A stretch of 64,000 nucleotides of DNA, taken from positions 10,354,001-10,418,000 of the forward strand of contig CM120649.1 in the NCBI GenBank assembly GCA_051362555.1, read 5' to 3'. This document shows positions 12,685 to 25,076 of the stretch, one piece after another. Numbering within the stretch: position 1 is the stretch's first letter; every line of letters begins with the position of its first letter. This DNA comes from Lingula anatina (lineage: Eukaryota; Animalia; Brachiopoda). The position numbers and the translations under genes are program-made. The notes below the pieces were generated by a model. It was not told the DNA's origin and ran no database searches. It was given only the letters and a program-made list of their open reading frames with translations.

Positions 12685-14010
12685 AAAGTTCATCAAAAGG
12701 TAGGTGAAAGGTCAATTTCACAGTAAGATTGCCAGTATATGACTTCCTATTCAACTTCAAAAGTAACTTTGGACCTATCTCTGCCAGTTTGGGAGATAAA
12801 AGGGAAGCAAAATTTGCAAAGTTCAGTTCATGGTGAAAAGTAGGTCAACGGTCAATTTCAAGGTCACATTTAGATTGCCAGTGTATGACTTCCTATTCTA
12901 GTTCAATAGTAACTATGGACCTATCTCTGCCAGTTTTGGATATGAAAGGGAAGCAAAATTTTCAAAGTTCAGTTCATGGTGAAATGTAGGTCAAAGGTCA
13001 ATTTTAAGGTCACATTAAGATTGCCAGTGTATGGCTTCCTATTCAACTTCAATAGTAACTATGGACCTATCTCTGCCAGTTTTGGAGATAAAAGGGAAAT
13101 AAAATTTGCAAAGTTCAGTTCATGGTGAAAAGTAGGTCAAAGGTCAATTTCAAGGTCACATTTAGATTGCCAGTATATGACTTCCTATTCAACTTCAATA
13201 GTAACTATGGACCTATCTCTGCCAGTTTTGGATATGAAAGGGAAGCAAAATTTGCAAAGTTCAGTTCATGGTGAAAAGTAGGTCAAAGGTCAATTTCAAG
13301 GTCACATTTGGATTGCCAGTATATGACTTCCTTTTAAAGTTCAATAGTAACTATGGACCTATCTCTGCCAGTTTTGGAGATAAAAGGGCAGCAAAATTTG
13401 CAAAGTTCAGTTCATGGTGAAAAGTAGGTCAAATGTCAATTTCAAGGTCACATTTGGATTGCCAGTATATGACTTCCTATTAAAGTTCAATAGTAACTAT
13501 GGACCTATCTCTGCCAGTTTTGGAGATAAAAGGGCAGCAAAATTTGCAGAGTTCAGTTCATGGTAAAAAGTAGGTCAAAGGTCAATTTCAAGGTCACATT
13601 TAGATTGCCAGTATATGACTTCCCATTCAAGTTCAATAGTAACTATGGACCTATCTCTGCCAGTTTGGGAGATAAAAGGGAAGCAAAATTTGCAAAGTTC
13701 AGTTCATGGTGAAAAGTAGGTCAAAGGTCAATTTCAAGGTCACATTTAGATTGCCAGTATATGACTTCCTATTCAAATTCAATAGTAACTATGGACCTAT
13801 CTCTGCCAGTTTTGGAGATTAAAGGGAAACAAAATTTGCAAAGGTTAGTTCATGGTGAAAAGTAGGTCAAAGGTCAATTTCAAGGTCACATTTAGATTGC
13901 CAGTATATGACTTCCTATTCAAGTCCAATAGTAACTATGGACCTATCTCTGCCAGTTTTGGATATGAAAGGGAAGCAAAATATGCAAAGTTTAGTTCATG
14001 GTGAAAAGTA
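12685..14010. repeat. Internal tandem array, 146-bp unit, about 9 copies
   Basis: TAGGTCAA recurs at 12841, 12987, 13133 and onward with period 146. Confidence 0.97.
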
Positions 14011-14889
14011 GTCAGGCGGCTCAGTCCAAATTTTATCCAGAATTGTGCAAAAGATGATAACAGCATGAAATTTTCCACAATGAATGACCATTGGGTGTTT
14101 GTCAACCCCCTGATCCAAAATAGATGAACACCCAATGGTTATTCATCGGGGAAAGTTTCATGCTTTTATCATCTATTGCCACCCTGAGCTTCAGAGCTAA
14201 CTTGACACTAACCTTTTCACTGTAGCCTATCTCCATCGTGTCAAGTAACCTCTGACCAGATTCGATTGCCTCCGCCGCCCGCCAATCAAATTTAAAAGCC
14301 CGCACTCAATGACTCATTAAACGATCTAGCCAATGAACGCGAACGAGTCAAAGCGCACTTTGTTCAAATCCGGACCAATCAAAGATAAGGCTGAATATCA
14401 GGGACTTGCCGTAACCTGTGGGCAGCACGCAAATAACATCGTCTCTCAGTAGATAATGATGCAGGGCCTCAAACTGCTAGACCCTATGGTTTCAATTCCG
14501 ATTTACTCATATTTTGCAAAGAATCAAGAGATAACTTAACACATTCTTTTTCGTAGTCACTCTGCTTTCTTTGTGTACGGTAATACACTCGGAACTACTC
14601 GGATGTCTCCGCACTCGACAATAACTATGTTGTTAGTATGGAGCTTGCGGAATCAGCCGAGGATTGCCGATTGACGGTCAACCAATCAGCGTTTTCACCA
14701 AACTTTGGTGAAAAATTTTGAAACATGGATTTGATTGGCTTATATAAACTAGGTCAAACTATTTTCGTCAGAGGTTACTTGACACGATGGAGATAGGCTA
14801 CAGTGAAAAGGTTAGTGTCAAGTTAGCTCTGAAGCTCAGGGTGTCTATTGCACAATTCTGGAAAAAATTTGGACTGAGCCACCTGACTA
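14009..14889. mobile_element. Foldback MITE (about 209 bp without its nested insert), TAG...CTA termini, TIRs about 90 bp (Academ-like ends)
   Basis: tagtcaggcggctcagtccaaatttt.. pairs with ..aaatttggactgagccacctgacta; the arms continue to cattgggtgtt / aacacccaatg. No TSD. Confidence 0.8.
14180..14843. mobile_element. Non-autonomous DNA transposon, 664 bp, perfect TIRs of about 77 bp, 8-bp TSD (hAT- or P-like)
   Basis: TIRs at 14180-14256 and 14767-14843 (CACCCTGAGC...); TSD tctattgc at 14172-14179 and 14844-14851. Confidence 0.92.
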
Positions 14890-15929
14890 TACCGTACTGC
14901 ACATTTTGCTTTCACCACCAATAAGTACTTTTTGATAGCGTAACTCGAAAACCGTTTGGAATACAAAAAAACGGAGACCACCTCCAGTGTTGGGCTTTAC
15001 ATGCTCTACAAAATGCAAAGAAGAATGGGTCTCTAGCATTAACAGTTCCCGAATTAGAGACAGTTTTCAGTTTCGGCATCTTATGGCCGTTACTCCAGTG
15101 AAAATGCACCGATTGACCCCAAATTCACGGAGATGAAAGATGACCTGAAGGGTAACACTTTCCAATAATATTATTGGTTAAGTCTGTGTGGTGTCTGAAT
15201 AACAGGGAAAAAAAAAATTTTTCATAAAAAATATTATTTTTTTGAAAATTTTGGCCCGTTTGACCTTGAAGTAAAGGTCAAAGGTCAAATCCAAGGGCAT
15301 ATTTGAAATCTACACATATGACTTTTGGAAAGCCGTCTGTAGAAATTTTTCCCATAACCCCTTCCGAAGGGTAGATAATTAGCATTTAATTTTGCCATTT
15401 TTGGACAAGGGTGCATTGCAATGAGTGCCACACCCAGACCCCAATACCGGCAAAGCCCAAATTTTACGTGGAACGAGCTGAGATTATAGGTGACCTAAAT
15501 CCAAGAGATGGGTACGGGGGCCCTTACCGTCTAGGAGGAGAAGCGGTAACGGTAGCCGTCCGGCGGAGCCGGCGGAACGATCCGGACAAGACCGAAACCA
15601 TGTGTACCGCCAGCGCTAACGCTGGTGGTACAATAAAACAAATGAGCAAATATAAAATGAGCTCTATGATGTTGATATGGGTATTAATAGGTTTTCATAA
15701 AGTTTACTTAGGATAGTTGGCAAGCCTCGTTTTTTGTTACACATGACAATAAATATGTACAATGTGCACTGATAAAGAATGTCTTTTTTATTCTTTTAAG
15801 AAAGGCATCAAAGAAACGAGTAAGAATTTTTTTAAATATTAGTAATTTTTGCGTTCTGTTAATGGGCAAGATATATTACGTGTTTCAGAGCACATTTCCT
15901 GAATGAAAAGCTTTGCATTTCATTCAATA

Positions 15930-17815
15930 GTTATGCTTATTAACTGATGGTTGCCTTTGTGAAACAGTTCCAACAGTTGTATGGGCCAGAAATGGCCATC
16001 TATAATGGGCATGGCGTGGTTCATCTTGCATTAGATGCCTTAAGAACTTTGGCAGCCTGGAAAATGTATCTGTCTTTCCCTTTGAAAACTTTTTACAGCA
16101 GTTAAAACATATGGTTAGGAAACCAAGTTTTCCAGTCTCTCAAGTGGTGGGAAGAATGTCAGAAATTCAAAACAATGGAAGTCAAAATCATCCCTCCCCC
16201 CCAAAAAAAGACTTCCCAATACTGTCCAAAAATCATTGCAAAGGGCCATATAAAAACTTTTGCTGACTCGTCACATCATAATTTTTAGGATAATGAGTCA
16301 TATTGAATATTTGATATATAATTTTTGTCCCTAAGGCCGTAAGGCCACACTTTTTTATTTTTATGGATGACATCCTGCGCGCGCACCGATTTTCGTCCGT
16401 TCTCAAAAAAAAAAAAAAAAAACCCAAGGAAGTCGGTTGTCACAAACGTCGTTATTGAATTTGCCGGAAAATGCAATCGGCAATCCTCGGCTAATTCCGC
16501 AACTCCATACTGTCATTGTCGACTGCGGAGACATCAGAGTAGTTCCGAGTGCGGAAAATGAGCTTTCTGCGCATGCGTATTATCACCACATGGAAGTATG
16601 GCCGCTTTGCCGTCAAATTCATCTCTAGCATTAATTTCAAAATACACGACAATTAAAGTCAAAAAGAGAACGGGGGCCGTCGTTTTGGATTGGTTTACCA
16701 TTGAGATATCACCCTTTTACAATTATACCAAAGGCTGGCCGCGGCCAGCGATCATCGCCCGGAAAATTTCAGTGACATTCTGTCCAAAGCAGCACATACC
16801 AGGGTTTATTTTTGTAGCGAAAAAAGGGTCGACAAGAGCGTCGTGGTATTTGGTGGACTGAAGGTCAGACAGGCCACCCGATAGTTGGCTGCTACGTGTG
16901 AGTCAAAGTAGACAAAATGGCATCGACCGAAATTACCTTTTTTAGATTTGGTAGTAGGAAGCATAGGCTTATCTTTGCTTCATTTTTTTAACAATTCAAT
17001 GAAGTGTTTACAATGCTTTAATTTTCTGAGAGTACAAATAAAGACACGCTGTTTATTTGATATTTGTTTTATTGATTGCTATACCAACAGAATGCATGAA
17101 ATAACCTTAAATAGATTTGGTAATATGCAGCATATATATTCATGACTTTTTACCTTTCTACGAAGTAGGCCCTATTCACAATGCTTTAATATTTTGAGAG
17201 CATGGATAAAGACATATTGTTAGTTTGATACGTGTTTCTGTGGTAAATTAGTGTTTCTAGCTGTGTACTGAAAACATAACTTTTCTTATGCAGTTTTTTT
17301 TTTTTTTCGCCCGCTTGCACCGATTTTGGGGTCCTCAGAGGATGTCATCCATAAAAATAAAAAAGTGTGGCCTAACATTTAATACAGGCAACAATTTGCT
17401 ACATTGTTATTATTGTTAAAACGATTAGGATAGAGGGGTTATATAATAAAAGCAGCCTTGTTTGGCCAAATCACGTACAATCAATATTCCCTGTTGCCTT
17501 CTTTCTTGCTATGAATGAAACTATAAAAGTTTGTGGTACACTGAGATGGAGGAGACATAAAGACAGTTGCATTCATGTTGATGGAAAGGCCAGCATAGTG
17601 AAAAACACTGTGCAAAAAGATGACTGTATATAAGTTATTTACCAGTGTTTCAAATACTTTGATGATATTTTAACATACCACTTCCATCCAGTTACCTTGA
17701 CATTGGCAAAGTTTTTGGTTTAGAGAATATCATTAGGTATGAAGCAATATCAAAAGTAGAAGAAAAATGGGTCTTTTTGCTATTCAAAGATAAACAAATA
17801 GTTATACCTTATGTT
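15930..17815 (+). pseudogene. CACTA/EnSpm transposase C-terminal remnant, interrupted at about 16250-17510
   Basis: FVKQFQQLYGPEMAIYNGHGVVHLALDA/FGSLENVSVFPFENFLQQLKHMVRKPSFPVSQV (YNxH..HL, FPFEN motifs); resumes near 17550 with KDSCIHVDG..IVKN..YPLPSSYLDI..KWVFL..IVIP. Confidence 0.8.
16343..17372. mobile_element. Non-autonomous DNA transposon, 1030 bp, 34-bp perfect TIRs, TAA TSD (Zator- or PIF/Harbinger-like)
   Basis: GGCCACACTTTTTTATTTTTATGGATGACATCCT at both ends inverted, flanked by taa on both sides. Confidence 0.9.
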
Positions 17816-18223
17816 ATGTATCTTAGGGATTATATACACTGTGTCCCTGCGCATTGATATGTACTTGTGATCAGACCAATAAAGTCAGTTTCAACAAATG
17901 CATCGAAATGTGTACAAGTGTTATTGTCAGAAACTCAGACAACATACATAACACCTTACACAGTTTCAGTCTGGTAGTGATCTTATCCATCTTCATGTCT
18001 CCATTATGTAATACAATACTGCACCAATACATGGTCATGGTTAATAATCCTTTCCCATAATTTGGTTTCATAGCTCTAATGGAACTCGGTTTGATTTATT
18101 GTACAAATAAAATAAATGTGAAATGTCCAAGCCTTATTTTTTTTTTTTTTGCGGGGGAAGGGGGCCACCCAAAGAAGCTATTATGTCCATTTCACAATTT
18201 GTAGAAAAATGGCCTTCATTCAG

Positions 18224-18252
18224 GTGGAGTTTATTGATGGAGCTGATGGAGC

Positions 18253-18303
<51 letters not shown>

Positions 18304-18400
18304 CTGAAAAGTGGATAATGGATGACAGAAAATCTGCTTTTTGGCTTCCATTCAGAAAGGAAAAGAGTCTTCTCTCTGCAATCAAATCACACCTACAGCT
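18224..18400 (+). pseudogene. Probable N-terminus of the second CACTA ORF (DUF4806-type), with a (TA)n expansion at 18256-18298
   Basis: VEFIDGADG..ISEKWIMDDRKSAFWLPFRKEKSLLSAIKSH resembles the VEF..W...FWP(P) pattern; it lies downstream of the transposase remnant in the same orientation. Confidence 0.45.
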
Positions 18401-20189
18401 CCTCTGTGGCTCTGCAAGTTAACTGGTTGGAGAAAGGGGGGAAGTTGGCTTTTTCACAGCTGAAGCAAATCAGACATCTTGTTGCAAGTAAGTGGAAATA
18501 AATGTTCAAACAAAATGTACTAGACATGACTGTCCAAAACTGCACTTGGCTTCTTTTCTTAAAATTTATTAAATTGTCTGTCTTTATTGAATCTATTTTA
18601 TATTATTTTTCAGGGAAAAGTGTGTTAATGATGCTTCTTATTACTCAATTTTTTATTCTATACACCTAAAAATACATTTTATGTTTTATTGAAATTCACT
18701 GAGTAACAGTTACCTACTTTAATAATTTACTAAAATGTTTATTGTACAAACTGTAAAATGTTTAAAACTGGAATGAAATTATTTTGTTTGAGAGTTAAAT
18801 GCATAATTTTTATTTTAACCATGTATTGCATAATACATTCACCTACAATAACACTCTATGACATTTAACTATTTTATTGTTTTAAGTGAACCATGCAGTC
18901 ATGTGATAAGACATCCCTTCAGTGTTTATGTCACAAAGAAGGGATTTCTGGAAAGTTAACGTCTTTCATATCTGTAAGCTGGGATACATTTAAAAAAAGC
19001 AGCTGATATATATTTGCAAAGATGCATGCTACGATGCGTTCATTTGCAAGATGGGCCAGTTGAAGCATATCACAGAGCTTGCTACGTTATACCAAGATTA
19101 CACCAACACAGAACACCTTACAAGGCTGAAAAAGAAAAGGTCAAGAACTGATGCTGACAATTTTACATATTGCATGTTGGTTGCTTTCTTGCTTTCCATT
19201 TTTAAGCTACATCCTTTCTTTTCTTTGCTAGCTTTTGCCTTGAAAAAGGCTCCACCAAAGTTTGTGCTGTACAACGAACTTGCATTTGCATTTATCTGTT
19301 CTTTTTTAATTTGGGACTTATGTTTCTTGGCATGAGCTATGTTATTTGGCTTAATTGGAAGAAGGTACTGAAACAAAATTTTGTGTTGCACTTGCATATT
19401 TGGGCACTTTGATAATAAAATCCAACTGTGATCCATCTAAAATTTTGTTAAAAATGATGAACCACAAGAAAACATTCCAAAAGAACACTGAAGAGGATTC
19501 AACAGCCTTAAAACGTCAACAAGATTTTAAGTAAAGAAAAACAACCTGCAAATGGGGGGAAAATGGTTATTCTGGGAGTAATGACAAAATTGACAAAACA
19601 ATACTTTTCTTTGAAGTCCAAACCAGATTATTATCAATGGCAAAGGAAATTGAAAAAAATCAATCTGTTCTCAATATAGCATCTTTTGACCCTGTCAAAT
19701 TCAATTTTGAGTTTACAGACCCTTTTGCCTATAATGTAATTAGTTTTCTATGTATTACTAATAATGAATTTTAGGAGTTATAGAAGGAAATCACAGATAA
19801 CTTCGATTGGTACTGTGAGAAAGGAATGGTGAGAAGTATGATTTTTACCTGTAATTTTCTTGATGATATTTAAGAAACTCAAAATGAATTCTCAGAGTTT
19901 ACCAGAGAGTTATCCCACAAAATAAAACATGGTCTTTTTGGTTAAATTTTGTTCACAGAGATTGCTTTTCATACATTTCTTTACATCTTTTTGTGAGAAC
20001 AGGTGATTGGAATCTAAGAAATTTTTGTTTGCAAAACCAATGAGGCAAAAATGAAGGCGTGGCAGGAAATTACAAGAAGGTTATTGCCCAATTTTTTAAA
20101 TCAAAGCCATTAGAATAGATGACTTGACTATTGATATATTTAATCTTATAATTCCATCCTCCACTTATATATATATATATATCAAATGA

Positions 20190-20800
20190 TTATTATTTGG
20201 ATATTTTGATTATCAAGAAGCCTTTAAACTGTTCGATGCAACTGTGAAACCGATTTTAATATATGCAGCAGAAATATGGGGATTTCAACAGTGCGCAAAA
20301 GTTGAACAAATTCATGTCCTTTTTTGCAAAAGAGTAGCCTGCTTAAATCAAAATGTGACGAACTCCCTCTTTATGCGTCTTATATGACTAAATGTATTAA
20401 ATACTGGGTCAAACTGTTAACCATGCCAGCAGAAAGGTACCCCAAGCAATGTTATATTATGTTACACCATTTAGACACTGAAGGAAGGTCATCCTGGGCA
20501 ACTTGCATTAAAAACTTATTATTTCATTATGGTTTTGGGTACATGTACGCCTGGCTAGCGAACGATATCGGGGATGCAGAGGCGTTCTTAGTTTATTTAG
20601 AACTAGAATAACAGACTGCACAACAAACTATATTTGCTGATATTAATGTATCACCTAAATGCATCAGTTATAAACTCTACAAAAGCGCTTTAAATCCTGA
20701 ACGATACACCTTTTACTGCTTTTAACCTACAAGCAAAGAAAAATACTTTCAAATTTTCGTTGCTCAAGTCATGAGCTCATGATTGAAAGAGGCCGTTATG
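20190..20800 (+). pseudogene. Degraded 3' portion of an RTEX-like LINE ORF
   Basis: KLFDATVKPILIYAAEIWG, IKYWVKLL, SWATCIKNLLFHYGFG and FRCSSHELMIERGRY parallel the C-termini of the two long LINE ORFs in this window. Confidence 0.8.
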
Positions 20801-22134
20801 TAAGTGCCAGATTCCTTGCTTTAGATAAACAGGGTGTAAGAGCTAGATTCCTTGTCTTAGATATACAAGGTGTGAGTAGTTTTCATGACTTGCGCGAGTA
20901 GTGCGCCTGTTTTGAATGTAACCGTGTCATAACGCTACAGGATTTTGCACAAGTAGGGTCTCTCCTGCATTTTACCGTTATGTCCAACATTGTATGGTGT
21001 ATCGTTACAGATGTACGGAGAAATCATAATGTAAGTGTTTATCTTATCAAAATATATTTGCATAGTGTATTTATTAGTTTTCTGTATAAATAATAAAGGT
21101 AAAATATCGGTATATTAGCTAGAGCACCTGGTAGGATGTGGCCATTAGTATGAAATACAGTAAATGTAAAATACAAGAACGCATTAGTATAATTGTCAAC
21201 TGTATAACCATGTCAAAATGGCAAGTATACCAAAATTATAATTTATCTTCTATTTGTAGTTTTTCATTGTATTCAACTGTAATTATGAAAATATTCACTT
21301 GTAATATTTTGTAAAATGTTATAAGCATGTGAAAACATTATCAATCTTATGTTTACAGCACAACCTTCAACCTGCAATAATGATGATAATGAAGATGCTT
21401 TCAACTGCCATTGGCGTATTGAGTTTTTTTTTTTTTTTTTTAAATTGAAAGTAAGCTTTTAATTAATATACATCATTCTTTAAAATTATATTTTGGATAC
21501 TCTTTCTTCTTATATAGACTTATGCAAGTGCCTTTTGACACTAATACCATCACTGTGCATAAAGGCAGTGTTTCTAAAATGCAAAGTAGGATGCTGAAGC
21601 TATTTAATATTCAAATCTGAAGATAAATTAGTAGCCGACCTAAAAAGAGAACCCCACCAATCAGGGAACCAAGGGATTACGTGCTTACATCCGAAGCACA
21701 AATCACAAAAACCAATCAAAATTAAGGAACATGGAGGGGTCATTAATGTCCATGCAACTATATATCTATAGCATTTTATAATCAGTATTGAGCATAAGTC
21801 TGTCTTCACAGCAATCAATCACCATGTACTTAAAATGAGAAAGAACAACTACAACCATGATAATCTCAGACAAAGGAGAGAGCATCACCAATGGCCTGAA
21901 CAATGACAACTGGAATCGAAAAAGTGGCACATAACAGGGCCTCCAAAAGCTAGAATACCTTAACGCCCGGCACCACTGAGCTCACCATGCACTTCCAACT
22001 AACCACACCACAAGGTGAGTGAGATGAAACAATATATCACTGGATGTACCGAGTGGGCTAACCACATCAACAGACAGCTGGCAAGGACAGCGCACAAGGT
22101 CAGAACCAGAGTAGACTTCAAAGAATTCCCTGGC

Positions 22135-22985
22135 TATGTAGAATTGAACAAAGCTGACATGGGGCAATGTTGTAAAAACCTACGTCACATTCAGGATCTC
22201 AGAGGGTATGGAGGACAGCCCATAGCAGTGGAAGGAGATGGGAGATACAATAATAGCCTGTTCAGTGGAGGGAACAAAACACCATACCAGCCAGCCACTC
22301 AGACTGTGTACACTGTAGCAGAGAATGTGACCAGCCAGCCACTCAGACTGTGTACACTGTAGAAGAGAATGTGACCAGCCAGCCACTCAGACTGTGTACA
22401 CTGTAGCAGAGAATGTGACCAGCCAGCCACTCAGACTGTGTACACTGTAGAAGAGAATGTGACCAGCCAGCCACTCAGACTGTGTACACTGTAGCAGAGA
22501 ATGTGACCAGCCAGAAGGATGTTATTGGTGTTTACACTGGTAACAAGATCTGCCATACTGCTCACCTGCTACGGAGTAAAGGGGAAGATGTCTCTTGTCC
22601 AGAGCACAGTGGAGTCTGCACAGCCAATCTACGAGAAGAAGACAGCATTGGAGACAAGCTTAACCACTGATGGGGACAGCCGAGCCCAGCTGCATGTGAC
22701 ACACAACACTTTACTAAAGCTCTGAGAAAACAAATAGAAAAAGCACCATTTTCTGGTCAAGTGTTTCCAGAAAAAACAAAATACACTAGAGACAAAATGC
22801 AAAAACACTTTGCTCAGTGCATAGCAATATGTACTGCTATTCTGAATTTGATGCTTGCTTTAGAGCAAATAAAGGGGACATAGAGTTGACTAAAACAGCA
22901 CTGAGTTACGTCACTGACTATATATAGTTAGTGGTAACAGTTGTGATTGTCAAAATTGTTTAAAGTACTCATATGAATGTAAATG
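22135..22985 (+). pseudogene. Kolobok-type (KolobokP-like) DDE transposase remnant
   Basis: IAVEGDGRYNN..TPYQPATQ..AENVTSQKDVIG..NKIC..CPEHSGVCTANL..SIGD / LTTDGDS, broken by a tandem expansion and deletions. Confidence 0.7.
22287..22514. repeat. 44-bp tandem repeat x 5
   Basis: ccagccactcagactgtgtacactgtag starts at 22291, 22335, 22379, 22423 and 22467. Confidence 0.97.
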
Positions 22986-23712
22986 TGACTCAGAAACTAT
23001 TTCCCCTTTTTTTCCATCTTTCTCCAGGAGGCTTTGGCCTGGGAAGCCAAAGCTTAAGATTTTTTTCAAGGCACATGGAACTTACAAGCTCCAGCACCCG
23101 ACCAACGTTCAATGCCAACCCTGACATCCTGGAACGAGACCTAACTCTGCTCCTGACTATGAAAGCAAAGAAGAAGAAAGACACCTCAACCAAGGTAAAA
23201 TGCCCAACAGTAGCTATCCTAAAACACCTGAAGTAAACCTGCACCGGAAATTTTTATCACCAACTTTTTAACATTATTTTTTTGTTAGCAAAATAGATGT
23301 CTTGTGTTAATTCCTGTCTTTTTCAGAAGGCCCAGATAAAATACAGGAACAACCAAGAAAGGCATCAAAGAAGACAAGTAAGAATTTTTTTTAATATTAC
23401 TTCTCAATAATCATCAAAGAAGCACACAAATTAATATACACACAAACTGATATGCATTCTATAAGCAAAAGGTGTCACAGCTGATATTTTTCTATTTTAT
23501 GATGTATATCATATTTTTCAGAGGACTCCATAATGGACATGGTGATAGATGTGGAGAATGAGAAACTTTCATGTTTGAAGAGACTGGTGGAGATTGAAGA
23601 AGAAAAATTGAAATTGAAGAAAGAATTTTTTAATTCAGACACAGAAAATGTGAGGCAAAAGTTGACCAAATCAATTTGCAGTCAATTTTAAATTAAATGT
23701 TAAAGATGATAA

Positions 23713-24160
23713 CCTCTCGTGGAGTGAAGGTATCAGGAACTATCTGGACACTGTTCACAATGATGAAAAAAGAAAAAGCCTAAGTCGTTTTGGCACCAGT
23801 GGGGAATAAACTCCACACTGAAACAGGCAGATACACTAAGACTCCGTTCTCATAGAAAGTCTATTTTCTAAAAATCTATTTTCTATTTGCGGTATCTTAT
23901 GATCACTCCGAGCGCAGCCGCGAATTAATTACAGCTTTGGAAGTAACTGGCTCGCGCTGCCAGTAATTACGCCGCGGGATATTCAGGGCACAGGCCGTGA
24001 TCACAAGATACCGCAAATAGAAAATAGATTTTTAGAAAATAGACTTTCCATGTGAATGAAGCCTAACACTCCTCAGCCCTATGGAATATGCCCTAAAGAC
24101 AAAATTAAACATGAAAAACTTTCTCCAAACATGCCCCCTATACAACAAACCTGTAACCAT
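23713..24160 (+). pseudogene. Short RTEX-like LINE 3' relic split by a MITE
   Basis: SWSEGIR..YL..RKSLSRF..KLHTETGRYT, then after the MITE ..GICPKD..ENFLQTCPLY (zinc-finger remnant). Confidence 0.55.
23840..24063. mobile_element. Palindromic MITE, TIRs about 65 bp, TAA TSD (Tourist/Harbinger-like)
   Basis: gaaagtctattttctaaaaatctattttctatttgcggtatctt is inverted at about 24007-24049; taa at 23837-23839 and 24064-24066. Confidence 0.85.
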
Positions 24161-24542
24161 ATTGTACCAGGTATTTACGGAACACTATATACACTTTGGC
24201 CTCAGAACAATTGATGAAAAATTTATTATCATTATTGTAACATGTATATAAATGAGGTTGCGTATGTAGGATTGTGGTTGTGTTAGTGTAGAGTAGTGTG
24301 TTTGTGCCTTTTTGTTTGTGTTCATGCATCTCTGTTTCTTTATATAACATGCCCCTCTTTCTTACGTGGCACATTCGTTTCTGGTTTCTGCCACGTCAAC
24401 TTACAGGTGAGATAGACTTGATTGGTTTGCTTTTCATTTTCTTTGTGTTAAGATTTTGTAATTCTTTAAGTTATTTTGTTTGATATTTTCAGTGCTTGTA
24501 ATTTCTTTTCATCCTTATTTTGTTTAGAAGTTTAGTTTAATC

Positions 24543-25076
24543 AACCTTCTGACTAGCAAACCTTTGGAACAGCTGGGACATCATCAAACTATCAGACCAA
24601 TGAACTTTCTGACTATTGAACCTTTTAAACCATTGGATCTTGACATCATCAAACTATCAGACCAATGAACCTTCTGACTATTGAACCTTTTAAACCATTG
24701 AATCTTGGCATCATCAAACTATCAGACCAATGAACCTTCTGACTATTATAAAGCCTTTTGAACCATTGGATCTTGGCATCATCAAACTATCAGACCAATG
24801 AACCTTCTGACTATTGAACCTTTTGAACCATTGAATCTTGGCATCATCAAACTATCAGACCAATGAACATTCTGACTATTGAACCTTTTGAACCATTGGA
24901 TCTTGGCATCATCAAACTATCAGACCAATGAACCTTCTGACTATTGAACCTTTTGAACCATTGAATCTTGGCATCATCAAACTATCAGACCAATGAACAT
25001 TCTGACTATTGAACCTTTTGAACCATTGGATCTTGGCATCATCAAACTATCAGACCAATGAACATTCTGACTACTG
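24543..25076. repeat. 65-bp minisatellite, about 8 copies
   Basis: catcatcaaactatcagaccaatgaac at 24579, 24644, 24709, 24777, 24842, 24907, 24972 and 25037. Confidence 0.97.

Larger units (their letters stand above)
12509..15634 (-). mobile_element. HINE family 1, copy B (expanded array, nested insertions)
   Basis: Same termini as copy A (actagaggatcagagaggcgataccgcc... and gtaccgccagcgctaacgctggtggtacaat); 14890-15634 aligns with 5941-6695. Confidence 0.88.

Noticed and set aside
6520-15716. Paired ORFs at 6520 and 15411 (ERVEIIGDLNPRDGY), and at 4741 and 12427
   Set aside because: The similarity comes from the two HINE family 1 copies, not from coding conservation.
19060-19160. YHRACY..YT motif suggestive of a large DNA transposon protein
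   Set aside because: Too short and frameshifted to assign.
22287-22514. CRISPR-like appearance of the 44-bp repeats (also the 65-bp and 58-bp arrays)
   Set aside because: Units are contiguous with no unique spacers, no cas genes are present, and the context is eukaryotic.
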